Below are positions 37,901 through 50,659 of a stretch of DNA of 64,000 nt, piece after piece (the first letter of the stretch is position 1; each line of letters opens with the position of its first letter). The translations under genes and the position numbers were made by a program. A model generated the notes under the pieces. The model was not told where the DNA came from. It was given only the letters and a program-made list of their open reading frames with translations, and did no database searches. Source of the DNA: Eledone cirrhosa (taxonomy: Eukaryota); contig CAXHJY010000746.1 in NCBI GenBank assembly GCA_964016885.1, positions 261,199 through 325,198 on the forward strand, given 5' to 3'.

Positions 37901-38910
37901 GCATAACAGACGAGACAAGAATGCAGACCCAGCAGTCGGAGTTAAGCAGTGAAGCAGATGCCAATATAATATTAAATATTAGAGAATCAGTTTGTTCTTA
38001 TTTCATGTTTTATTGCGAAATGGTATTGTTGAAAGCTAAAGACAATATAGCGTTTGTTGAATATGATGTATACTTTCTATGCAGAAATAAGGAAACATTT
38101 GCACAGTCATCTTCATAATCATATGTTCGCTTTCAAGTGTGGGACATGTACTATTGAGCACCGCCTCTCCACTTATACCGGTCGTTGGTCACCTCGTTGG
38201 TGATCGTTAGCGATTTGAGGTCTGCTCTCACCACCCGTCTATGTTTTTCCTAGTCTTCCTTCTACTGGAATTACTTGGCACATGTTTACCCAGCAAACCA
38301 TCTTATTCTTCTCTCCTGCACATAACTCATACCCATTTTCTCTCTCAACTCATCTCTGCTTGATGGTTGACGAACATCTAACGGAGCATGCTTCCTTCAT
38401 TTCTTTGCCAGCCTTGGCATATTCTCTGCAATTGCTGGCCATGTCTCACTTCTTCCAACCCATCTTTATTGTAGATATTATGGCCTCGTAGTAGCCTCCT
38501 CTCTTTCTAATCTGCTCATCTGTATAGAACCCACCTTCATTTGAAAACTGTTTCTATCACTGTCACTTCTACTGTGAAATTTCTCTGTACATGTAGTTTT
38601 CACTACCTGTTTGCTTGCTATCCCACTACATATGTGAGTACCCCAGATGTGCATTGCGTATATTTTATAGAATTTATCCCAACTCCTTTTCAACATAGGG
38701 AGCATGTCCTCTTGCTTCCAACTACTGTTTCCATAGACAGCATTTCTTCTTTAGCTTGTTTACTGATTCTGCTATAAGAACCAGATCGTCATGGACAGCT
38801 AGTTTTAAACTCATCTGTTACTGACAGCACCTCTGTACAAAGCCTGCACTGCCCTCACAAGACATTCCCCAACACCTAGTTTGGTTAGGCACCACCAGAT
38901 GACAGATCAT
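34990..38910 (-). mobile_element. Degenerate RTE LINE fragments in repeat unit 1
   Basis: VPLPKKADLSNRNNYRGTSL; KTGKATGPSGIVAEMLK; LAFVEMEKAFDRV; DDLVLIAES. Interrupted by a non-RTE block at about 37470-38100. Confidence 0.85.
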
Positions 38911-40169
38911 GGTACCCTACCAAAGGAGTTGTCTGTCAACAAAATTAATTGCTAAGATGGATTACATTGCCACCGGTTATATTTTATATATTTCCTAAGA
39001 CTCGTTTGATTAAAAAGCTTAATTTTTATTTCTTTTTACTATTAGTTGTAGCTCTTATAAGTTTAGCTCGATTGCCAGCGTTGAAATAGTTGCGCTTTAG
39101 TTGTGATGTAGGTGTTGCAAGTTCCGGCTGTAAGTCGGGGGTGTAGTATATTGTGATGTATGTGTACATATGTCTGTGTATGTATACACGTACACATGTG
39201 TGTAGTGTTTTTGTGTTTATACGTCTACAAATGTATATGCAACATTTCAATTAGCAAAGGGAGATTACTCTTTGATTTTTTAATAAAAATAAGAGTTGTT
39301 TCCCCTGTTAGCAGGAAATTTAGTTGTTTGATAAAACTGAATTGTGAAGGCTGGTTGTCTCGGTCAGTGCTAAGTGTCTGCTGAAGACTAGACATCTAAA
39401 TTACGATATATAAGTACACACATGCATGCATGGATATGTTGCCAAGGAGCTGTCGAGTGATTATAATGTAGATAAGCAAAATATATGAACACTCGCTATA
39501 TTATCTCGCACTTTTATGGATATGTTTTTGCAATATAAGAATAGGAAACGAAAATCTAATTCACTGAATACAATATGATGCAGGCAAAAGATGTTGAAAT
39601 TGTGCCGAATTAAGATTGAAAATTTGACCGATGTGGAGCAGCTGTGGAAAATGTGCATGATGTAGTGAAGAATGCAGTGGGTAGAAAAGACATCCCCGAG
39701 AATAAACAAGAGTAATTGGTGATTGTTGCAGTGAAAATCAATGAAGTACAAGCATAACAGACGAGAGAGAAGAATGCAGGCCCAGCAGTTGGAGTTCGCT
39801 GCCAAGCAGATGCCAATAGAATATAAAATATTATGGAATCGGATAGTTTATTGATTCCCTGTTTTATTGCAAAAGCGAATCCTTTAAAGTGCGAGACTAT
39901 AGTGTTTGTCGTTGATGTATTTTTATCTATATTACTCTGCGTAAATACTGAATTTATGAGATGCCCGACCCTACATAAGCCCACAAACAGACATTCAACA
40001 GTAAATATTTAATTGTCCTTTGTTTAAAAAGAAATTTTTTTTTCTTAATATAATTGTTTATCTGCTGGATTGGTCATTGACCATTTTAGTAGGAGAGGGG
40101 ATTTTGTTAGTGGTGCGTTACCTTCGCTGACTTAACTCTGAGAAAGAAAAGCAATTATATTTTTCTTTA

Positions 40170-43100
40170 ACTGTATTTAGCCACTGAACAATGGGTGTAG
40201 CTCCTTGGAGCAATCCAAGCAGTAACTCGAAGAACCATCGGGTGTAATGACTTTGGCTTTAGTGTTCGTGTAGAGCAGTGATACTTTTGTATTCCACAAA
40301 AATCTTGATCAGGCAGTGACGATAGTCAGAATTATAGGCAATTTGCTTTAGCTCCCTCAAATATCTTCTTCAGCATCAGGATGTGACCGTTGGTTGATCT
40401 CTATCTGTGAAGCTGTTCTGGTTGTTTGAGCTTTTTGTCCATGCAGGGCTGGATTCTCTTTAGAATCATCCTGTTGAGGGTCTTTGCCACAAGTGAGGTC
40501 CCCCTGTAGTTGTTTCTGTTAGAGAGATCTGCCTTCTTTGGCAGTGGCACGAAGTTATAGATCGTCCACTTGTTCAGGCAACTCGTTTCTCCAGTCCCTT
40601 TTTACAGATCTCCAAGATATGAAAATCACAACTCTACATGACCTGATGCCACTCGATTTTCTCCATGGGCCTTGCCCTCCTTTATCTTCTTTTTTTGCTC
40701 TCTGAAGCTCCTCTCTGGCAAAGGGTCCTGTCTCAATATCCAGTTATTGTAACAGCCACCTGATCTGCCCAGTGTTCTTGTCTGTGGAGGGCATCTCATA
40801 GTTGTGTTCTAAAATGGTTCAGCCATTTCCTTTTTCCTATCCTCTGGATCTGTTTCCTTGATCTGACCTTTCCTCCATGTGATCTCGTTGATCATCCAAC
40901 TGTCAACCGTTCTCTTAACACTTTAGTGCCTCCTCTCTGGCGTCAGTGTAAGCGGTACAGAGTGCTTCCCTCATCACCTCCACTGTATATCCTCTCCATA
41001 GGATCAGCACAGAATTGGTCCTTGGCAGGCTGCACACACCTTTGGGTCTGCAGAACTGACATGCTTCCTCTTCTTTCTCCTCAGCATCAGTGTCTCACTT
41101 GCTTCTGCTACTGCATTGTTCAAGTAGCCGTACCTCTTTGTTAAACTCTCCACACAGAGCACTGAACCTGTTGCTCACTTCTCCTGTGAACCTCTTCTGT
41201 AGCTTATGTTCCTTGAACGTTCCCCAGTCATAGATTATACTGTTGGTGTAGCCTTGCTCTTTCTTAAGCTCACTCGGACCTCACTCATAACAAGCATGTG
41301 TCCACTGTCACAGTGTACTGAAATAGTTGTATGGTTCTGTGTTGAGAACACTATTGCGCTGCTTTTTCCTCACCAGAAAGAAATCAATCTAGGTCTTGGT
41401 CCACATCTTTTCTGGATTCTCCCTTAACGTTAGGTTGGTTGCCATCAAGTTTGCACTGGCAGGACACGGACCTGCATGCTAAATTACTCGCTCTAGTCAT
41501 TGATAACCCTAACTTTGCTGATTGTTTCTTTATACATGGCTTGGTACAGCCCTCATAAGCTATTCATCTACTTCAAATTTTCTAAGAGCTCACCAGATTA
41601 TAGTATGGTGGACTCTGTCGAAGGCCTTTTCCATTTCGACAAATGCCAGGTAGAGTTGCTTACTTTTAGCTAGGTACTTTTCCTGTAACTGCGTCACAAA
41701 AGTGAGGACATGAGTGGTGCCTTTTCCTGGTACAAAGCACAATTGCATATCATGTAGTTTCACCGTGTTCCTAATCAACTGTGCTCTAACTCTGTTACTT
41801 TCATGACCTGGTCCATCAGCTTTATACCTCTATAGTTTCCTCTATCTAGTGCATCACCTTTACCTTTGTATCAGTTGACCATGATGCTGCTGCACGAATC
41901 GTTTGGTACGACGCCCTTTAGTATTATCTAGTTAACAATACGTGTGGTTATGGTCTGATCTACCGACCCAGATGCCTTGAGCATCTCGGCAGCTATACCC
42001 GATGGACCGGTTGCCTTCCCCGTCTTCATATCTATGATTGCCATACTACATTGCTGCTGACTTGTTCTGCTAGCCCCTCTATAGGGTTCACTTTGGGTAT
42101 GGTATCTTTTTCCCATACATTCTCCTCATTTAGCAATCTTTCATACTGGCTCTTCCACGCATCTTCTCAGCACTTGTGAGTGCAAGCTGACCTTTATCAT
42201 TCTGGATACACTTTTGTCCAATGACATCACAATTCTCTCTGGAACACCTGTTTCTTTTCCTCGTGTTGCAAAACATGCTTGAATTTCCTATCCTCTACCT
42301 TCCTTCTAGCTAAGTATACTTGTCGCCTAGCTTTGCTCCTGGTCTCTCTGTAATGTGCCCTGTTTTTCCATTCTTTCCATGCCTGTCTCTTAGCCTTAAC
42401 TGCCTCATCTACCATATTGTTCTACCACCAAGTCACTCTCCTCATCCATGTATATATCTTTTTATCATCTTTTTCTCAAATATCCACACATAACGACACA
42501 CAGGCAAATATTATGCATGGATATGTTAACTGGTAGCTGGAGAGAGAATAATATAGTCTATCTTCAGCAACAAGTGCTATATTGTCTCCCATGTTGAAAG
42601 ATATTATTTTACAATATAAGAACTTGAAACTAAGACTAACTGATGTATAGAATAGAAAGACCTAGATGTGAAAAGAAGTGGAAATTGTGCAGATTGAAGA
42701 TTGAAGATTTGACCGATGTGAAGAAACTGGAAAGATGTGTCGAAAAGAGTGAAGAATGCAGTCCGTAGGAAAGACATCCCCGAGAGTGAACATTTGAAGC
42801 TAGAGCAAGGTTTTAAGAGTTAGAAAGAGTAGTTGTTGATTGTTCCTGTGAAAAGCAACGAAGTGCAAGCATAACAGACGAGACAAGAATGCAGGCCCAG
42901 CAGTCGGAGTTAAGCAGCGAAGCAGATGCCAATATATTATTAAATATTAGAGAATCAGTTTGTTCTTATTTCATATTTTATTGCGAAATGGTATTGTTGA
43001 AAGCTAAAGACAATATAGTGTTTGTTGAAGATGATCTACTTTGTTTATGTATATTACTTTTTATGCAGAAATAAGGAATCATTTGCACAGTCATCATCAT

Positions 43101-43830
43101 CATACGTTCGCTTTCAAGTGTGGGACATGTACTATTGGGCACCGCCTCTCTCGGCTTATACTGGTCGTTGGTCACCACGTTGGTGATCGTTAGACGGGGG
43201 TGGTGAGAGCAGACCTCAAATCGCTATGTTTTTCCTAGTCTTCCTTTACTGCGTCTTCCTTCTACTGGCATTTCTTGGCACATGTTTCCCCAGCAAACCA
43301 TCTTATTCTTCTCTCCAGCACTCCACAACTCATACCCATTTTCTCTCTCAACTCATCTCTGCTCGATGGTTGACGAACATCTAACGGAGCATGCTTCCTT
43401 CATTTCTTTGCCAGCCTTGGCATATTCTCTGCAATTGCTGGCCATGTCTCACTTCTTCCAACCCATCTTTATTGTAGATACTGTGGCCTCGTAGTAGACT
43501 CCTCTCTTTCTAATCTGCTCATCTATGTAGCGGAAGGTACGAACCACTTGTATAGAACCCACCTTCATTTGAAAACTGTTTCTATCACTGGTACTTCTAC
43601 TGTGAAATTTCTCTGTACAGGTAGTTTTAACTACCTGTTTGCTTGCTATCCCACTACATATGTTGAGTACCCCAGATGTGCATTGCGTATATTTTATAGA
43701 ATTTATCTGGCTGTCCATGACGATCTGGTTCTTATAGCAGTTTTAAACGCATCTGTTACTGACAGCACCTCTGTACAAAGCCTGCACTGCCCTCACAAGA
43801 CATTCCCCAACACCTAGTTTGGTTAGGCAC
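40170..43830 (-). mobile_element. Degenerate RTE LINE fragments in repeat unit 2
   Basis: FVPGKGTT...QLQEKYLAKSKQLYLAFVEMEKAFDRV and other RTE motifs. Confidence 0.85.
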
Positions 43831-43999
43831 CACCAGATGACAGATCATGGTACCCTACCAAAGGACTTGTCTGTCAACAAAATTAATTTAATTGCTAAGA
43901 TGGATTACATTGCCACCTGTTATATTTTATATATTTCCTAAGACTCTTTTGATTAAAAAGCTTAATTTTTATTTTTACTGACATTATTAGTTGTAGCTA

Positions 44000-44185
44000 G
44001 GCGGTGGGTTGGCAGTATCGGTGGAGGGTTGGACGCCATGCTTTGACGCAAAGAATTACGTCCCTTTACGATCCGAGTCCAAATCCCGTCGAGGTTAACT
44101 TTGCCTTTCATCCTTACGGGGTGGATAAAATAAAGTACCAGTAATGTACTGGCTAATTGCTGGCCTTGTGCCAAAAGTAGAAACA
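44000..44185 (+). mobile_element. tRNA-derived SINE with 17-bp target-site duplication, present in one repeat unit only
   Basis: TSD attattagttgtagcta at about 43983 and 44186; empty sites at about 39040 and 48228. Confidence 0.92.
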
Positions 44186-44894
44186 ATTATTAGTTGTAGC
44201 TATAAGTTTAGCTAGATTGCCAGCGTTGAAATAGTATATGTCTATGTATGTATACACGTACACATGTTATTATGTATAGTGTTTTTGTGTTTATACGTCT
44301 ACAAATGTTTATGCCATATTTCAATTAGGAAAGGGAGTTTACTCTTGGATATTTTAATAAAATTACGAGTTGTTTCCCCTCTTAGCAGGAAATTTAGTTA
44401 TTTGATAAAACTCAATTGTCAAGGCTGGTTGTCTCGGTCAGTGCTAAGTGTCTGGTGATTGTTGCAGTGAAAATCAATGAAGTACAAGCATAACAGACGA
44501 GAGAGAAGAATGCAGGCCCAGCAGTTTGAGTTCGCTGCCAAGCAGATGCCAATATAATATAAAATATTATTGAATCGGATAGTTTATTGATTCCCTGTTT
44601 TATTGCAAAAGCGAATTCTTTAAAGTGCGAGACTATAGTGTTTGTCGTTGATGTATTTTTATCTATATTACTCTGCGTAAATACTGAATTTATGAGATGC
44701 CCGACCCTACATAAGCCCACAAACAGGCCTTCAACAGTAAAAATTGTCCTTTGTTAAAAAGAAATTTTTTCTTAATATAATTACGTTTATCTGCTGGATT
44801 GGTTATTGACCATTTTTGTAGGAGGGGATTTTGTTAGTGGTGCGTTACCTTCGCTGACTTACTCTGAGAAAGAAAAGCAATTATATTTTTCTTT

Positions 44895-47800
44895 AACTGT
44901 ATTTAGCCACTGAACAATGGGTGTAGCTCCTTGGAGCACTCGAGTGTAATGACTTTGGCTTTAGTGTTCGTGTAGAGCAGTGATACTTTTGTATTCCACA
45001 AAAATCTTGATCAGGCAGTGACGATAGTCAGAATTATAGGCAATTTGCTTTAGCTCCCTCAAATATCTTCATCAGGATGTGACCGTTGGTTGATCTTTAT
45101 CTCTGAAGCTGTTGTGGTTGTTTGAGCTTTTTGTCCATGTAGGGCTGGATTCTCTTAAGAATCACACCCTGTTGAGGGTCTTTGCCACAAGTGAGGTCCC
45201 CCTGTAGTTGGTGTTAGAGAGATCTGCCTTCTTTGGCAGTGGCACGAAGTTACTGATCGTCCACTGGTTCAGGGCAACTCGTTTCTCCAGAACTGAAAAT
45301 CACAACTCTACATGACCTGTAGCCACTCGATTTTCTCCATGGGCCTTGCCCTCCTTTATCTTTTTTTGCTCTCTGAAGCTCCTCTGGCAAAGGGTCCTGT
45401 CTCAATATGCAGTTTTTGTAACGGCCACCTGATCTGCCCAGTGTTCTTGGCTGTGGAGGGCATTTCATAGTTGTCTACTAAAATGGTCTAGACTATAATC
45501 TGACATCCGGTTTTAAATTCTTGTTATTGCCTGCAGGACTATGATAAAAAGGAGAGGGCTAAGAACAGCCCTGGTGTACACCGACCTGCATGCTAAATTC
45601 CTTGCTCTAGTCATTGATAACTGCTGATTGTTTCTTTATACATGGCTTGTACAGCCCTCATAAGCTATTCATCTACTTCAAATTTTCTAAGAGCCCACCA
45701 GATTATAGCATGGTGGACTCTGTCGAAGGCTTTTTCCATTTCGACAAATGCCAGGTAGAGCGGCTTACTTTTAGCTAGGTACTTTTCCTGTAACTGCCTC
45801 ACAAAGGTGAGGACATGGATGGTGCCTTTTCCTGGTACAAAGCCCAATTGCATATCATGTAGTTTCACCCTGTTCCTAATCAACTGTGCTCTAACTCTTT
45901 GTTACTTTCATGACCTGGTCCATCAGCTTTATACCTCTAGTTTCCTCTATCTAGTGCATCACTTTTACCTTTGTATCAGTTGACCATGATGCTGCTGCAA
46001 GAATCGTTTGGTACGACGCCCTTTAGTATTACCTAGTTAACAATACGTGTGGTTATGGTCTGATCTACCGACCCAGATGCCTTGAGCATCTCGGCAGCTA
46101 TACCCGATAGACCGGTTGCCTTCCCCGTCTTCATATCTTTGATTGCCATACTACATTGCTGCTGACTTGTTCTGCTAGCCCCTCTATAGGGTTCACTTTG
46201 GGTATGGTATCTTTTTCCCATACATTCTCCTCATTTAGTAATATTTCATACTGGCTCTTCCACGCATCTTCTCAGCACTTGTGAGTGCAAGCTGACTTTT
46301 ATCATTCTGGATACACTTTTGTCCAATGACATCACAATTCTCTCTGAAACACTGCTTCGTAATCTGGAACAACTGTTTCTGTTCCTCGTGTTGCAAAAGA
46401 TGTTTGAAATTCCTATCTTCTACCTCCCTTCTAGCTAAGTATACTTGTCGCATAGCTTCGCTCCTGGTCTCTATGTAATGTGCCCTGTTTTTCCATTCTT
46501 TCCATGCCTGTCTCTTAGCCTTAATTGCCTCATCTACCATATTGTTCTACCACCAAGTCACTCTCCTCATCCATGTATATATCTTTTTATCATCTTTTTC
46601 TCAAATATACACACATGACGACACACATGCAAATATTATGCATGGATATGTTAACTGGTAGCTGGGGAGAGAATAATATAGATGATAAAAGTCTATCTTC
46701 AGCAACAAGTGCTATATTGTCTCCCATGTTGAAAGATATTATTTTACAATATAAGAACTTGAAACTAAGACTAACTGATGTATAGAATAGAAAGACCTAG
46801 ATGTGAAAAGTGGAAATTGTGCAGATTGAAGATTGAAGATTTGACCGATGTGAAGAAACTGGAAAGATGTGTCGAAAAGAGTGAAGAATGCAGTCCATAG
46901 GAAAGACATCCCCGAGAGCTAGAGCAAGGTTTTAAGAGTTAGAAAGAGTAGTTGTTGATTGTTCCTGTGAAAAGCAACGAAGTGCAAGCATAACAGACGA
47001 GACAAGAAGGCAGGCCCACCAGTCGGAGTTAAGCAGCGAAGCAGATGCCAATATAATAAATATTAGAGAATCAGTTTGTTCTTATTTCATATTTTATTGC
47101 GAAATGGTATTGTTGAAAGCTAAAGACAATATAGTGTTTGTTGAATATGATGTATACTTTCTATGCAGAAATAAGGAAACATTTGCACAGTCATCATCAT
47201 CATCATCATCATCATACGTTCGCTTTCAAGTGTGGGACATGTACTATTGGGCACCGCCTCTCTCGGCTTATACTGGTCGTTGGTCACCTCGCTGGTGATC
47301 GTTAGCGATTTGAGGTCTTCTCTCACCACCCCCGTCTATGTTTTTCCTAGTCTTCCTCTACTGCGTCTTCCTTCTACTGGAATTTCTTGGCACATGTTTC
47401 CCCAGCAAACCATCTTATTCTTCTCTCCAGCACTCCACAACTCATACTCATTTTCTCTCTCAACTCATCTCTGCTTGATGGTTGACGAACATCTAACGGA
47501 GCATGCTTCCTTCATTTCTTTGCCAGCCTTGGCATATTCTCTGCCAGCCTTGGCATATTCTCTGCAATTGCTGGCCATGTCTCACTTCTTCCAACCCATC
47601 TTTATTGTAGATACTGTGGCCTCGTAGTAGACTCCTCTCTTTCTAATCTGCTCATCTATGTAGCGGAAGGTACGAACCACTTGTATAGAACCCACCTTCA
47701 TTTGAAAACTGTTTCTATCACTGGTACTTCTACTGTGAAATTTCTCTGTACAGGTAGTTTTAACTACCTGTTTGCTTGCTATCCCACTACATATGTTGTG

Positions 47801-48060
47801 TACCCCAGATGTGCATTGCGTACATTTTATAAAATTTATCCCAACTCCTTTTCAACATAGTGAGCATGTCCTCTTTTCTGTTTTTATTGTGTCCTCTTGC
47901 TTTCAACTACTGTTTCCATAGACAGCATTTCTTCTTTAGCTTCTTTACTGATTCTGCTATAAGAACCAGATCGTCATGGACAGCCAGTTTTAAACGCATC
48001 TGTTACTGACAGCACCTCTACAAAGCGTACACTGCCCTCACAAGACATTCATCAACACCT
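44895..48060 (-). mobile_element. Degenerate RTE LINE fragments in repeat unit 3 (shortened by deletions)
   Basis: QLGFVPGKGT...RQLQEKYLAKSKPLYLAFVEMEKAFDRVHHAIIWWALRK. Confidence 0.85.
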
Positions 48061-49373
48061 AGTTTGGTTAGGCACCACCAGATGACAGATCATGGTACCC
48101 TACCAAAGGAGTTGTCTGTCAACAAAATTAATTGCTAAGATGGATTACATTGCCACCGGTTATATTTTATATATTTCCTAAGACTCGTTTGATTAAAAAG
48201 CTTAATTTATATTTTTTGACTCTGACATTATTAGTTGTAGCTCTGATAAGTTTAGCTAGATTGCCAGCGTTGAAATAGTTACGCTTTAGTTGCGATGTAG
48301 GTGTTGCAAGTTCCGGCTGTAAGTCGTGGGGGTGTAGTATATTGTCATGTATGTGTACATATGTCTGTGTATGTATACACGTACACATGTGTATAGTGTT
48401 TTTGTGTTTATACGTCTACAAATGTATATGCAATATTTCAATTAGCAAAGGGAGTTTACTCTTGGATATTTTAATAAAATTACGAGTTGTTTCCCCTCTT
48501 ATCAGGAAATTTAGTTTGATAAAACTGAATTGTGAAGGCTGGTTGTCTCGGTCAGTGCTAAGCGTCTGTTGAAGAGTAGACATCGAAATTACGACATACA
48601 AGTACACACATGCATGCATGGATATGTTGTCAAGTAGCTGGCGTGTGAGAATAATGTAGATAATCAAAATATATGAACACTCGCTATATTATCTCGCACT
48701 TTTATGGATATGTTTTTGCAATATAAGAATAGGAAACGAAGAAAAACTAATTGACTGAATACTGTGTGATGCAGGCAAAAGATGTTGAAATTGTGCCGAA
48801 TTAAGATTGAAAATTTGACCGATGTGGAGCAGCTGTGGAAAATGTGCATGATGTAGTGAAGAATGCAGTGGGTAGAAAAGACATCCCCGAAAATAAACAT
48901 AAAAATAGTAGTTGCGGATTGTTCCAGTGAAAATCAATGAAGAGCAAGCATAACAGACGAGAAGAATGCAGGCCCAGCAGATGCCAATAGAATATAAAAT
49001 ATTATGGAATCAGATAGTTTATCGATTCCCTGTTTTATTACAAAAGCGAATTGTTGAAAGTGCGAGACAATATAGTGTTTGTTGGTGATGATAATATACT
49101 TTATGTCTTAGTCTCTATTCATAAATAATGAAAAATGTGCACATAGTCGACCCTGACTATACGTTGATATTAGTTGTGAAGCTTTGCTTGTTTAAAACAG
49201 ACGACCATCTTTTATTAAATATATTATCATTGGATAAGATGTGCTTCTAAACACTACATGTAAACATGTAGAACAAAGACAGTCACAAAGACGTTCAACA
49301 CTAAATTTTAAAAACAAATGGTTATTTAATTTCTATAATTAATTGATAATCGGTGGCCATGTAATCCATCTTA

Positions 49374-49995
49374 TCTATATATAAAACTGAAGATGTCCGA
49401 GTTCGAATCGCTAAAGCTCGAGAACCACCCAACGGACTGTTTTCAAACTTTACACATGTAATACTTATGTTTGAGAGATTGTTCTGATCACCCCCAAAAG
49501 ATTTCAACTTTTCTAAGCCCACAGGGACGACATTAGGCGGTGTAGCGATCTCTATAATTCTTAGTCTCTTTTTCGATAGACGTACTTATAACGTCGCGCC
49601 CTTATTATATCTGTATGTCTGATTATCTGCATTACGTCACTTCATTGAGGGTGTGTGTGTGTTTGAATCCCTTAAACTCGAAGTACCCAACCGATTTTTC
49701 TTCAAACTTTAAATGCGTATTACTTAGGTTTCAGGTAGTGTTATGCACATTAAAAATTTCAATTTTTTTTATCTCGTGGGGCCCGCATTAGATGAAAAAC
49801 TTTATTTTTTTTTATCTTAGGACTTTTTGTAGCCGTTACGTCCAGCCGATTTTGGCTAAATTTCAAGGCATATTATGGTCATAAAAAGAAAATCATCTTG
49901 ATCCCCTAGGGCCCGCATTAGGTGAAAACCTGCCTTTTTCCCATCAGAGTATTCCAAAATACTTTATATGGTGCAACGCTGGGTACCACTGCTAG
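49374..49995 (+). mobile_element. Complete non-autonomous Helitron
   Basis: A|TCTATATATAAAACTG ... gtgcaacgctgggtaccactgCTAG|T; inserted between A and T with no TSD. Confidence 0.9.
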
Positions 49996-50659
49996 TATAT
50001 TATAGATTTCACGAAACTCGTTTATTTAAATCTTTTTTACCATAATGCCATTTCGACTATAGATCTGATAAGTTGAGCTAGATTGCCAGCGTCGAAATAG
50101 TTTCGCTTTAGTTAGGATGTAGGTGTTGAAAGGGCCGGATGTGAGCCTTGGGTGTAGTCTATTTTCACACATTCGTAGATATATACATGTATGTATATAT
50201 ATCTAAACACGTGTATGAAAGTATGTACACGACTTTATGTATGTAACCCTGTAACATTGAGCTTTCCGATAACCCTTTGTAAATATGCAATGTCGGTTTG
50301 ATAAGCACGACAAAGAATTGAAGATACTAGGCAGATTAACATGTTAGTTGAACGACCGTTGACTTGAATTGCGCGTGAAAATACGTGGGTGCAGTTGGTG
50401 GGGCTGATGCTTTTAAGTTTGTTTTTGTCTTGTTGAATAATCATGGCGTGCTACTTTGTAGTACTTGTATTGCAGGCCGTTGTTCCGGTGGTTAAGGTAA
50501 GTGGCGATGTTATTACTGTTTGGGTATTTTAAGTTTTCGTCTAGTTGGTTTGGGGTGGCGGTCGGATTGGTTTCAGATTAACGGTCTGTGTCTGGTTTAC
50601 AGTTGTGATTAGTTTGTGTAAGAAGCGAAGAATGCCGCGATATATATTTATATTTTTAG

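Larger units (their letters stand above)
33740..49100. repeat. Subtelomeric tandem macro-repeat, about 3.2 copies of a 4-5.5 kb unit
   Basis: Anchor tttgtgtttata...attag(c/g)aaaggga at about 33750, 39210, 44283 and 48400; repeated ORF translations (36010/41206, 36922/41928/46033, 37124/42227/46235). Confidence 0.93.
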
